Below are positions 47,891 to 56,924 of a DNA stretch of 64,000 nucleotides, one piece after another. The translations under genes were made by a program, and so were the position numbers. A model generated the notes under the pieces. The model had not been told where the DNA came from. It saw nothing but the letters and a program-made list of their open reading frames with translations, and did no database searches. The DNA comes from Candidatus Bathyarchaeia archaeon (GTDB lineage Archaea; Thermoproteota; Bathyarchaeia; Bathyarchaeales; Bathycorpusculaceae). The stretch lies in the NCBI GenBank assembly GCA_038882955.1, contig JAVZNC010000001.1, positions 32,001 to 96,000 of the forward strand. The letters run 5' to 3'. How positions within the stretch are numbered: the stretch's first letter is position 1; each line of letters begins with the position of its first letter.

Positions 47891-48064
47891 ATGACAGGCG
47901 AAGGAAAAGGAAAAATCGTAGATAGAGGGAAGAAATACAGCAAAATTTTCATTTACATACCCAAGGAGGTTTCTACAGATACGAGTTTTCCATTTAAGGT
48001 CGGCGAAGATGTAAACGTAAAAATTGACGGAAAAAAATTAATTATCGAGAAAAGAAAGCAGTAA
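47891..48064 (+). CDS. AbrB/MazE-like swapped-hairpin DNA-binding protein
   Basis: IYIPKEV...FPFKVGEDV.VKIDGKKLIIEK. Confidence 0.75.
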   Translation: MTGEGKGKIVDRGKKYSKIFIYIPKEVSTDTSFPFKVGEDVNVKIDGKKLIIEKRKQ

Positions 48065-48103
48065 GCAACGTGTGCCTAAAGCAAGTAAAGTAAGTGGCGG
48101 AAC

Positions 48104-48667
48104 TTGGAAGATAAACAGTTGCCTCCTGGACAAAGAAAAGCAAGGAGCATCCCTTTACGCCACATAGGTGAAATTCCGCGGGTCAGCGCTGAAACATGGC
48201 GTTTGGAAGTTTATGGTGAAGTTGAAGCGCTAAAAGTGTTCAGTTTTGAGGATTTGAGGCGCATGCCAAGCGTCGTGGTTGTTTCTGATTTTCATTGCGT
48301 GGAAGGTTGGAGCTTACTGGATAACAAGTGGGAGGGTGCACCTTTTAAGGCGATTATGGATGCGGTTAAGCCGAAGGCTACAGCGAAATATGTAAGTTTT
48401 GAGTGTTATGATGGTTATACAACTTCGCTTCCACTTTCAGAACTGCTTAAAGAAAACGTTATTTTGGCTTACAAATTGAATGATGAGCCTCTGCCCCTTG
48501 AGAGAGGAGGTCCAGTTAGGCTTATTGTTCCGCATAAATACGCCTATAAGAGTCCGATGTGGCTGAGAAAGGCGAAGTTTACTTCTGTCCGTGAGTTGGG
48601 CTATTGGGAAATGCGTGGCTACAGCGATACTGCCGACCCGTGGAAAGAGGATAGACGCGCTGAATAG
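48104..48667 (+). CDS. Molybdopterin-dependent oxidoreductase (sulfite oxidase/MsrP-like)
   Basis: LPPGQ, DFHCVEGWS (Mo-ligand Cys), GGPVRL.VP..YAYKS and GYWE.RGY. Confidence 0.9.
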   Translation: MEDKQLPPGQRKARSIPLRHIGEIPRVSAETWRLEVYGEVEALKVFSFEDLRRMPSVVVVSDFHCVEGWSLLDNKWEGAPFKAIMDAVKPKATAKYVSFECYDGYTTSLPLSELLKENVILAYKLNDEPLPLERGGPVRLIVPHKYAYKSPMWLRKAKFTSVRELGYWEMRGYSDTADPWKEDRRAE

Positions 48668-48962
48668 CAGTGCGTGTTTTGGAGTTTGTTTTGTATTTTT
48701 GTTGCACTTTTATACCATAATGTTTATTAAGACTTGCGATACCATAGGCTGAAACTCGGTGGATGAAAGAATGAGAAAAAGACCAGACACAAACATAACC
48801 CAGAGAATTGAAGAAATGAAATCTGAAACGTTAACAGTTGAATTTCTGATATACGAAGCTTTAATTCGTAACAAAACACTCTAAAAAACATAAAACGCGC
48901 AAAACAGCAACTCAAGCTTTTAAAGCAGCTTTCTCGTCTAACAATACAAAAGTGGAAGAAGA

Positions 48963-49433
48963 ATGGTTAACAAAAATCTCGTAGGTAGATGCGGACTGTA
49001 TTGCGGTGCCTGCGGAATCTATAGAGCCTACAGAGACAAGGGCGAATTCCTAAAAAAAATCGCAAAGAACTTCAAATGCCCACCAGAAAAAGTGAGATGT
49101 GAAGGCTGTATGGCTTTAACACAAGAATGCTGGGGAAACGACTGCAAAATCGTTCAATGCCTTGAAAACAAAGGATTGAAATTTTGTTATCAATGCAGCG
49201 AATATGAAAAGGATTCTTGCGAAAAGTTCATGAAGCTAGCTCAGCGCTATGCAAAAATCGGAGTGAACGTGAAGGAAAATCTTAAAAGAATCAAAAAAGG
49301 CGAAACAGAAGAATGGCTTCATGAAAGCGCGAATAAATATACATGTCCATTCTGCGGGAAACCCCTGCCAGTTTACGGGACTGAAGGCAAATGTTATCAC
49401 TGTGGAAGTACAATTCCAGAAGTGTTCGCTTAA
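48963..49433 (+). CDS. DUF3795 family Cys-rich protein
   Basis: CGLYCGAC...CEGC...C....C...KG..FC..C, plus C-terminal CPFCG...CYHC. Confidence 0.82.
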   Translation: MVNKNLVGRCGLYCGACGIYRAYRDKGEFLKKIAKNFKCPPEKVRCEGCMALTQECWGNDCKIVQCLENKGLKFCYQCSEYEKDSCEKFMKLAQRYAKIGVNVKENLKRIKKGETEEWLHESANKYTCPFCGKPLPVYGTEGKCYHCGSTIPEVFA

Positions 49434-49507
49434 GGTGCCCTTGCTAGGCAAAGGATATATCCTACTGTTTGGTTTAGAAACCCTACAAATTTGATAATGA
49501 CTGGGCA

Positions 49508-50446
49508 TTGCAAAGGCGAATGCAAGTGGAGTTAAGAGACAAGATACTTAAACTGAAGAAAGAGAAGAAAGCCATAATACTCGCACACAACTACCAGCGA
49601 CCAGAAATTCAAGATATTGCAGACTACATTGGCGACAGCATAGAATTAAGCAAGAAGGCAATGGAGGAAAAAGAGGCTGAAATCATACTTTTCTCTGCAG
49701 TGGATTTTATGGCTGAATCCGCGGCGATACTTAACCCAGAAAAGAAAGTTTTGCTGCCAACCCTTGGCGCACGCTGTCCAATGGCGCAGATGCTTACAGT
49801 TGACGAAATTAAGAGGTGGAAAGTTCTCTATCCACTTGTGCCAGTCGTCCTATACGTTAACACATTGGCATCCGCAAAAGCCTACTGTGACGTCTGCTGC
49901 ACCTCAGCTAACGCGGTTGAGGTCATAGAATCAATCAACGCGGAAACCATCCTCTTTGGACCGGACAGAAACTTGGCTGAGCACGTTCAAGAAAAAACTG
50001 GAAAAACAATTATCCCAATACCAGAATGGGGCTTCTGTCCCACGCATCTGCTTTTCCAGCCAGAAGAGGTGCAAGTTCTCAAAACGCAATATCCAGACGC
50101 CGTGGTCATGGTTCACCCAGAATGCACACAGGAAATGCGCAAAATAGCCGACTTTGTTGGAAGCACATCGCAAATGTGCCGTTACGCAAGGGAAAGCGGC
50201 ACAAAAACGTTCATTGTGGCAACTGAAGAGGGACTTTTGCATCGCCTAAGGAAGGATAACCCGCAAAAACAGTTCATTCTAGCCTACAAGGAAGCCGTAT
50301 GCCCAAACATGAAGTTAAACACTCTTGAAAGGCTTTACGTCGCCTTAAAAGAGGAAAAGTACGTCGTTAATATTCCAGAGCCAATAGCAAAACACGCCAG
50401 AAAAGCCTTAGAGCGAATGTTTGAAATAACAAACAAGAAAAGCTAA
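49508..50446 (+). CDS. nadA: Quinolinate synthase
   Basis: LAHNYQ, FMAE, CPMA, YVN, CTSAN, CPTH, VHPEC and CPNMK. Confidence 0.96.
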   Translation: MQRRMQVELRDKILKLKKEKKAIILAHNYQRPEIQDIADYIGDSIELSKKAMEEKEAEIILFSAVDFMAESAAILNPEKKVLLPTLGARCPMAQMLTVDEIKRWKVLYPLVPVVLYVNTLASAKAYCDVCCTSANAVEVIESINAETILFGPDRNLAEHVQEKTGKTIIPIPEWGFCPTHLLFQPEEVQVLKTQYPDAVVMVHPECTQEMRKIADFVGSTSQMCRYARESGTKTFIVATEEGLLHRLRKDNPQKQFILAYKEAVCPNMKLNTLERLYVALKEEKYVVNIPEPIAKHARKALERMFEITNKKS

Positions 50447-50850
50447 ACATGAACAATAGTCATCTTAAGTATTTTAACACCTCTTTTCGAGGCTAACTCA
50501 TCGCTTAATTTTCTTATTTCCTCAGCTTTTCCCTTAACTGCAATAGCCTCTAGACAGTCACGTTCGCTAAGGTGAATATGCATAGTCGAACAGATTATAT
50601 GCGAATAGCGATGCTGAATATCCGTTAACGTGCTCTCTAACCCCCTAACCTCATGGTCGTAAAGCACAGTCAAAACGCCAGCTTTCTCGCCGTGCTCCTC
50701 ATGAAGCCACTTCTTCTCGGAAACAAACAGTCTCACAGCATCTTGAACAGCCTTTGAGCGATTCTCATAACCCATCTTACGCGTAACCTCGTCAAAATCC
50801 CTAAGCAAATCTGGCGGAAAAGTCACGCCAACACGAACAATCTTCGACAT
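50443..50850 (-). CDS. nikR: Nickel-responsive regulator NikR
   Basis: RVGVTF ribbon, NRS.AV.DAVR, YDH and HIHL...CLE. Confidence 0.95.
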   Translation of the reverse strand: MSKIVRVGVTFPPDLLRDFDEVTRKMGYENRSKAVQDAVRLFVSEKKWLHEEHGEKAGVLTVLYDHEVRGLESTLTDIQHRYSHIICSTMHIHLSERDCLEAIAVKGKAEEIRKLSDELASKRGVKILKMTIVHV

Positions 50851-51024
50851 GAATTTCCCGCTTATTACCTAGAAAGTATTCACAATAAAACTTTTGCTAG
50901 ACTTGCCATCCAACAGCAAATCAAACTTGAAATCTAGAGGGGATAACCATTATCGGCTTGTTTTAGCTCCAAAAGTATGTTTAAAAGCGGTTAATCTATG
51001 ACAGCAAACCTTTTATAAAGAATT

Positions 51025-51054
51025 GGTAATACTAAAATGCACAAAAGTGTTACC
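51025..51054 (+). promoter_or_regulatory. NikR operator
   Basis: GTAATA-N16-TGTTAC (extends to GGTAATAC/GTGTTACC), just downstream of TTTTATAAA and upstream of nikM. Confidence 0.8.
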
Positions 51055-51065
51055 GAGGTTTAAGT

Positions 51066-51737
51066 TTGCACATACCAGACGGACTAATAACGCCAGAAAT
51101 CGCCGCGTTAATGTACATAATATCACTCACTTTCCTCGCATGGTGTTGGAGAAAGGCAAAAACCACATATGAAAGGTCTCTCGCCTCACTTTTGGCAGTT
51201 TCAAGCGCATTCATATTCGTAGCGCAGATGATAAACTTCCCAATAGCATACGGGACAAGCGGGCACCTGGTTGGAGGAACATTCCTCGCCGTGCTCCTTG
51301 GACCTTACGCTGCAGCTTTAGGCATGACCATTGTACTGCTCATGCAAGCGTTATTCTTCGCGGACGGTGGTATAATGGCGCTTGGAGCAAACATTTTCAA
51401 CATGGCAGTGATAGGCGCACTAAGTTTCTTCATAATAAAATACCTCGCAAAAAACGCCGGCAGCAGAAAAGGCTTGTTTTTCACAAGTGTCTTTGTCGCC
51501 TCTTGGCTTTCGGTGGTTTTAGGCGCATTGGCATGCGCTTTGGAAATTTCTCCAGCGTTCTCAAACGTTGGAGGCATAACATCTACAATCCCAGCCATGC
51601 TCTTTTGGCATGTCCTAATAAGCTTATTCGAAGCAACAATAACAACAACCTTAACGACTCAGCTTTGGAGGCTACAGCCAACAGCGCTAAGCGGACTAAA
51701 CATTTTAATGAGGGGGGAACATGCGAGGCTACCTTAA
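51066..51737 (+). CDS. nikM: Ni/Co ECF transporter S component CbiM/NikM
   Basis: N-terminal MHIPDG, GTSGH..G, QA..FADGG..ALGAN. Confidence 0.92.
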   Translation: MHIPDGLITPEIAALMYIISLTFLAWCWRKAKTTYERSLASLLAVSSAFIFVAQMINFPIAYGTSGHLVGGTFLAVLLGPYAAALGMTIVLLMQALFFADGGIMALGANIFNMAVIGALSFFIIKYLAKNAGSRKGLFFTSVFVASWLSVVLGALACALEISPAFSNVGGITSTIPAMLFWHVLISLFEATITTTLTTQLWRLQPTALSGLNILMRGEHARLP

Positions 51738-52011
51738 AGCCCTAATCATAATATTGGTTTGTTTGGCAGTTTTGATACCATTCGCCTCGGAATTCCCAGA
51801 TGGTCTAGAAACAGTTGTTGAAAACTTCCAAATAAAAGAAAACGAGCCTTACTGGAAGGGTTTAATGCCAGACTACACGCTTCCAACAATAGAGAACCAA
51901 TATGCCTCAACGTTGTTGGCTGGAATCTGCGGATTCTTCCTTGTGTTAGCCGCAGCTTACACGGTAGGTTTAGCAGCAACAAAGCCAAAAGGTGAAAAAA
52001 GTGCACGATGA
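51721..52011 (+). CDS. nikN: NikN-like PDGLE-domain protein
   Basis: ASEFPDGLE and MPDY; two TM helices. Confidence 0.88.
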   Translation: MRGYLKALIIILVCLAVLIPFASEFPDGLETVVENFQIKENEPYWKGLMPDYTLPTIENQYASTLLAGICGFFLVLAAAYTVGLAATKPKGEKSAR

Positions 52012-52555
52012 AAGACGCCTTACAGCGCAAGACATAGCGTTAATAGGCTTTTTCTGCGCGTTATGGGCGGTCCTTAACATAAACGTTGGTCCACTGGGCT
52101 TCCAATTGTGGGGACTTCCCATACTATGCGATTTCTCGGTTTTCTTCACACTTTTATTGACGACATGGGCTACTGGCAAGTTTGGAACAGCATCCATGGT
52201 CGGCGTAATAGGCACAATCATAGTGCTGATGATTAGACCTTCACCCCACATGATGGGCTTCGCACTCTCAGCAATACTGTTCGACACGCTCATGTTCGCA
52301 AGCAAACATAAAATCCATTCAAAACCAAAACCTATAGCCGCAACGATTTCTGCAACAATAATATCAGCCTACTTCGCTGGAGTAGTCATCGGCATCTTCT
52401 TTAGCAACAAAACTTTAGAGTGGACAACAATGGAGTGGGCGCTCACCTTTTGGGGAATACTCCACCTGTTAGGCGGAATACTAAGCTTGGCGATAACATT
52501 GCCAGTTATAGGCGCCTTAGAAAAAGCGAACGTAAGGAGAATCATAAGTGCCTAA
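51992..52555 (+). CDS. Membrane protein, ECF S-component-like
   Basis: About 6 TM helices with an N-terminal LTAQDIALIG pattern. Confidence 0.65.
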   Translation: MKKVHDERRLTAQDIALIGFFCALWAVLNINVGPLGFQLWGLPILCDFSVFFTLLLTTWATGKFGTASMVGVIGTIIVLMIRPSPHMMGFALSAILFDTLMFASKHKIHSKPKPIAATISATIISAYFAGVVIGIFFSNKTLEWTTMEWALTFWGILHLLGGILSLAITLPVIGALEKANVRRIISA

Positions 52556-52973
52556 AAGAAGCGAAAAACTCGATTCCATCATAAAAAGGGCGCGGGAGCT
52601 TCATGGACATTTAGGTCCATTCCTCGTTATTGGCGTTAGAATAGGTGAATATGCGAAGAAGACGTTAAAAGGCGAAATGAAAGTGCTTGTTAGAGTTCCT
52701 ATGACAACGCCTCTTTCATGCATCATCGACGGAATCCAAGCATCAACTCAATGCACAGTTGGAAACAGAAAACTGTCAATAGAGGAATCTGAAAATGAAA
52801 TAGTAGTACATTTTAAGTCGCAGAAAACCGGAAAATCCATAAAAGTTTATGTGAAACCCCAACTGGTAGAAGAGCTCAAACAAAAACTCTCGCAGGGAAT
52901 AGCGAGCGAAGAGTTAGCGCAGAAAGTGGCAAGTGCCCTTGAAGGCGAAATATTTACCGTAGAAAAGCAATAA
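52548..52973 (+). CDS. FmdE family metal-binding protein
   Basis: HGHLGPF..IG.R and SC..DG.Q..T.CT.GN. Confidence 0.85.
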   Translation: MPKRSEKLDSIIKRARELHGHLGPFLVIGVRIGEYAKKTLKGEMKVLVRVPMTTPLSCIIDGIQASTQCTVGNRKLSIEESENEIVVHFKSQKTGKSIKVYVKPQLVEELKQKLSQGIASEELAQKVASALEGEIFTVEKQ

Positions 52974-53001
52974 ATAGTTTGGAATAACCCTTAAACCTAA
53001 A

Positions 53002-53451
53002 ATGAAAAACAATGATTTGGAGATAGCTAAAAGAAGGCTGAAGCAGAAGGGTTTAACGCTTTCTATAGTGAAGAACGGCGAAGTCGTCTTTGAAACAGCC
53101 TCTCGTGGAATTTCTGGTTTCCTAGAAGCCGTGGAAAAGTTTGGAGAAACGCTTAATGGAAGTTCTGTTGCGGACAAGGTCGTTGGGAAGGCAATAGCAC
53201 TATTATGCGTTGACGCAAAGGTTAAGGCTGTTTATGCAGTTGTATTAAGCGAAAAGGCTAGAGAGATTCTGTGGAAGTACACAGTTCAGCACGAGTGGGA
53301 AAGGCTTGTTGAAAAAATTTTGGCTCCAAACAAGGCTGAAATTTGTCCATTCGAAAAGCTTGCAGATGAACTGGAAAATCCAGCAGAAGCTTACGCAAGG
53401 TTTAAGGCTCTTCAAAACAAGTTAAAAGGAGCAGCAGATGAAAAGGCATGA
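53002..53451 (+). CDS. DUF1893 (TM1506-like) protein
   Basis: SRGI, VADKVVGKA.A and CPFE. Confidence 0.82.
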   Translation: MKNNDLEIAKRRLKQKGLTLSIVKNGEVVFETASRGISGFLEAVEKFGETLNGSSVADKVVGKAIALLCVDAKVKAVYAVVLSEKAREILWKYTVQHEWERLVEKILAPNKAEICPFEKLADELENPAEAYARFKALQNKLKGAADEKA

Positions 53452-53882
53452 GTGGAAAACGCGAACAATTTATATCAGACGAAGACAAAGAACTTGAACA
53501 CATACGCGCGAAGAAACTTCAAGAGTTGATGAAAGCTCAAAAGGAGAGAGTGCAAATGCCAACGGAACCAGCGCATTTGACAGATTCAAACTTTGACAGT
53601 GTAATTAGCAAGAATGCTTTAGCCCTAATAGATTTTTGGGCTCCATGGTGCGGTCCATGCCGAGCGCTTGCTCCAACAATTGATGAGTTATGCAAGGAGT
53701 ATGCTGGAAAAATTTTTATTGGAAAGCTAAACGTTGACGAAAACCCGCAGACGGCAGAGCGCTTCCAAGTTTTCAGCATTCCAACGCTGGTGCTCATGAA
53801 GAATGGGAAAGAGGTTGACAGGATAGTTGGGCTTGTCCCAAAAAACCGCATTGAAGCCATTTTAGACAAGCACTTGAGGTAA
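53448..53882 (+). CDS. trxA: Thioredoxin with N-terminal helical extension
   Basis: DFWAPWCGPC and SIPT. Confidence 0.93.
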   Translation: MSGKREQFISDEDKELEHIRAKKLQELMKAQKERVQMPTEPAHLTDSNFDSVISKNALALIDFWAPWCGPCRALAPTIDELCKEYAGKIFIGKLNVDENPQTAERFQVFSIPTLVLMKNGKEVDRIVGLVPKNRIEAILDKHLR

Positions 53883-53888
53883 AGCCAC

Positions 53889-54023
53889 ATGGACATTCAA
53901 GAGAAGCGAATAATAGGCGCGCTGCTTTTACTGTTGGGATTTTCTTTTCTCGCAATAGGCATCTACACTGGGCAAGTGAATAGAGTAATCGACCTTTTAA
54001 AAAGCATGTTTAAGCCATTCTAG
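53889..54023 (+). CDS. Small single-TM protein (44 aa)
   Basis: Manual translation MDIQEKRIIGALLLLLGFSFLAIGIYTGQVNRVIDLLKSMFKPF. Confidence 0.55.
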   Translation: MDIQEKRIIGALLLLLGFSFLAIGIYTGQVNRVIDLLKSMFKPF

Positions 54024-54091
54024 AAAAAGGGTTTTAAACCAAACCAGTCAGACTTAAACGCATAATCCATTAACAAGCGTGTGATGCCATA

Positions 54092-54652
54092 ATGTGTCCA
54101 ACAGTTGAAAGCATTAAAGGCGAACGTGAAGGGCTTCTTGAGGCAGCTAGGCTAATGCTGGTAGCCGCAAGAACAGCCCCAAAAACAGCGGGATTAGACG
54201 ACATATTAACATGCATAGTTTATGACGAAGAAAAGGAAGCCATAGCTGAAATGATGGAGAGGATAGCTGAAGAAAGAAAAATTGAAGGCTTCAAAAGAGA
54301 CGCCAAAAACGTCAGAGACTCGGAAGCAGTCGTTTTGATTGGCATTAGAGGAAACAAAAGCGTGGGACTAAACTGCAGCGCATGTGGCAGCAAAAACTGC
54401 AAAGAATTCGAAGAAAAAGAGAAAAAGCTCGGACAAGACTTCTATGGACCAAACTGTATCTTTAAGGCACTAGACCTCGGAATAGCCCTAGGCTCAGCAG
54501 TCAAAATTGCAGGCATGTTAAACGTTGACAACCGCATAATGTACCGTGTGGGCACAGCCGCCATAAGATTAAAATTACTTCCAGAAGCAACAGTCATCAT
54601 GGGAATACCCATATCAGCAAAAGGCAAAAACATATACTTTGACAGGCGTTAA
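54092..54652 (+). CDS. DUF2148 ferredoxin-like domain protein
   Basis: AARTAPK..G.D, NC.ACG..NC, DLGIALGSA and DNRIMY. Confidence 0.88.
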   Translation: MCPTVESIKGEREGLLEAARLMLVAARTAPKTAGLDDILTCIVYDEEKEAIAEMMERIAEERKIEGFKRDAKNVRDSEAVVLIGIRGNKSVGLNCSACGSKNCKEFEEKEKKLGQDFYGPNCIFKALDLGIALGSAVKIAGMLNVDNRIMYRVGTAAIRLKLLPEATVIMGIPISAKGKNIYFDRR

Positions 54653-54657
54653 ACGGG

Positions 54658-55230
54658 CTAGCTTTGTCCCCTCATTTTTTCATACATTTTCTCCAAAGTC
54701 CAACGAATACTAGATTTAAGCTCCCTCAAACGCTCCTCATCAGCATTCTTCACCAAAATTTCGCGGAAAACATCGCCATCCTTAACAATGTTGTATGAAA
54801 AAACCTTTTCTGGCGGCAATTGCCCAGTCCTTGCCAATTCTAAATCCTTCTCCTGCATCTTCATCAAAACCCTTTCAACAAGAAAGGAAGTAAACGGCGG
54901 CGTGTTAACATTGAAGTTTTTATCTTCAGCAGGCACAACACGCAAAAAATTGTCGCCCACATAAAGCGTGGCAAGCAACTCGCCAGACATAGCCTTCAAC
55001 TGCACTACACTTTCATATTCCACTGCTGGCGCGGGCGGTGCCGCTGCTGCCTCGGCTTCTGTTTTTACGGCGATTTCTGCACGCTTAAACCCTTTCTCCA
55101 ACAAAATTGATTTTACAAGCTCAAGCGTTGACTGTAACTCCTCAAGTTCAGACTTAAGCTGCTCAATACGCTTTTCAAGTTTCTCCTTAAACTCAACAAG
55201 CCTCTTTATCCTCTCAGTATCCTGCGACAT
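54658..55230 (-). CDS. Conserved hypothetical protein with N-terminal coiled coil
   Basis: Heptad-rich N-terminus; TPPF.SFLV.RVL..M and WTLEKM. Confidence 0.75.
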   Translation of the reverse strand: MSQDTERIKRLVEFKEKLEKRIEQLKSELEELQSTLELVKSILLEKGFKRAEIAVKTEAEAAAAPPAPAVEYESVVQLKAMSGELLATLYVGDNFLRVVPAEDKNFNVNTPPFTSFLVERVLMKMQEKDLELARTGQLPPEKVFSYNIVKDGDVFREILVKNADEERLRELKSSIRWTLEKMYEKMRGQS

Positions 55231-55298
55231 CTTGGCTTCACAGAATATATTTTAAATGTCCACCCTTATCAAACCTTTGAAACTACGCGATTATGCAT

Positions 55299-55787
55299 TT
55301 AACTTTCAACGGCAACATCATTTAGCAACATGCGACTACCCGAAAGCGTAATAACCCCAAACTTGACATTCAACTCCCTTTTAAGAAAATTTTCAAACTC
55401 TTGAAAGACGGGACTTTCTGTTTCATTTATTTTTGCGCAAAAGTTTTTCCCCTCCAACAACGGGCTTAAGTCATAAACCGCTATGCGCTCAGCAAATTCT
55501 GGATTTTCAAGAATGTCCCTTAAAAGCAACTTTGAAGGGGGCTCCAGAAAAAGCCAAGCCGTATAAGCAGCTTCAACAATCCTGTAAGACAAGCCTTCCT
55601 TGACTGCACATTTCCTGTTTGAAGCAATCTTCTTAAACGACGATGGGTGAATGTCCCTTGCATACAAGAAATTGTGGTATTCATCACCAATCCTAATCAA
55701 ATCCTCATTTTCAGAAGCCTTCCAACCGCGAAGCCTACATAAACCCTTAAACTTTTCCAGAATCTCCCAAACCTTAGGCATCTTCAT
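55299..55787 (-). CDS. Hypothetical protein
   Basis: 162-aa ORF with host-like composition. Confidence 0.7.
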   Translation of the reverse strand: MKMPKVWEILEKFKGLCRLRGWKASENEDLIRIGDEYHNFLYARDIHPSSFKKIASNRKCAVKEGLSYRIVEAAYTAWLFLEPPSKLLLRDILENPEFAERIAVYDLSPLLEGKNFCAKINETESPVFQEFENFLKRELNVKFGVITLSGSRMLLNDVAVES

Positions 55788-55874
55788 TTCAAATCACAAC
55801 CTTTATGTTAGAATCTTCTAGAACAATATTCTATTAATCAAACACAAATTTAAACTTATTTATCTATTTACTTT

Positions 55875-55981
55875 GAAAAAATGAAGGAAAAAAGTGTTAA
55901 AAATTGAAATTTTGTATATAATAATCTATGGAGGCTACAAATTTTCGGAAAATTGCAAAGGCGAAAAAATGAAGGAAAAAA
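55875..55981. repeat. 19-bp direct repeat pair upstream of the Lrp gene
   Basis: GAAAAAATGAAGGAAAAAA at 55875 and 55963. Confidence 0.7.
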
Positions 55982-56062
55982 AGCGCATTTTCTACATTTT
56001 TACGGCAACAAACCATAAATCCTCACCAAACATAATTCTGTCACAGAAAGGGGAAGACCCTT

Positions 56063-56584
56063 TTGAAACAAAAAAGCAACAACTCCTCATTCACACTGGA
56101 TACCACAGACTTAAAAATTTTGCAAGCCTTACAAGAAGATGCAAGGCACACCTACACGGAAATTGGCAAACTCCTAGGGGTAGCACACTCCACGGTCTAT
56201 GATAGAATTAAGAAAATGGAAAACTTCGGGATAATAAAGAGATATACGACCATAATAGACCCGGAGAAAATTGGAAACAAAAATGTTACAGCATTAATGA
56301 CCATCTATACAGACCCAAAGGAAAGCGAAAAAGTTGCTGAAAAACTCTGCCAGTCACCACAAGTCCTAGAAGTCTACTCCTCCCTTTCAGAAGAACTACA
56401 AATAATTGCAAAGGTAATCGCTGAAAACCAAGAAAACCTCCACGAATTTATTGCACGCTTGGTTGCGCCGCTGCCAGGAGTTTTAAGAATTCGCACTTTA
56501 ATAGTGACCAAAAAGTTTAAGGAAACCCCTTTTTCAATGGTCAATGACCCCACAAAGGTTAACACTTATAAAAAGAACACATAA
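56063..56584 (+). CDS. Lrp/AsnC family regulator
   Basis: LD.TD.KIL..LQ.DAR..YTEIG..LGV..STV..RIKK....GII, plus RAM domain. Confidence 0.92.
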   Translation: MKQKSNNSSFTLDTTDLKILQALQEDARHTYTEIGKLLGVAHSTVYDRIKKMENFGIIKRYTTIIDPEKIGNKNVTALMTIYTDPKESEKVAEKLCQSPQVLEVYSSLSEELQIIAKVIAENQENLHEFIARLVAPLPGVLRIRTLIVTKKFKETPFSMVNDPTKVNTYKKNT

Positions 56585-56603
56585 TAATAATGGAGAAAAA
56601 CAA

Positions 56604-56924
56604 ATGAAAACAGAAGCATCAAAAATCTTAAGAACGGTTCCGAGAGAGAAAGCCTTCTATTTCTTCACATCAATTGGAAACTACACGGGCGTAAGCGCAT
56701 GCTCCCTCAAAGAATTTTTAGAAAAAATAAACGAAGTCAACGTGAAATCGTTAGAGTTTCACCTTCACCGAGGAGATTTCGAAAAATGGATAAACGAAGT
56801 CCTAGAAGATAAGGAACTGGCAGAAGAAATAGGAAAAATACAAAAGATGAATCTTGCAGGTGAAAATCTTCGAAACCAGTTATATATGGTCATATCAAAA
56901 GAGTTTAAGCGGTTAACAATCTAA
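56604..56924 (+). CDS. DUF5752 family protein
   Basis: KAFYF...IG..TG..A.SL.EF, SLEFHL.RGDFEKW and D.ELA. Confidence 0.8.
   Translation: MKTEASKILRTVPREKAFYFFTSIGNYTGVSACSLKEFLEKINEVNVKSLEFHLHRGDFEKWINEVLEDKELAEEIGKIQKMNLAGENLRNQLYMVISKEFKRLTI

Noticed and set aside
46840-48064. Integrated element at tRNA-Leu
   Set aside because: Somewhat AT-rich, but no integrase and no duplicated tRNA 3' end was seen.
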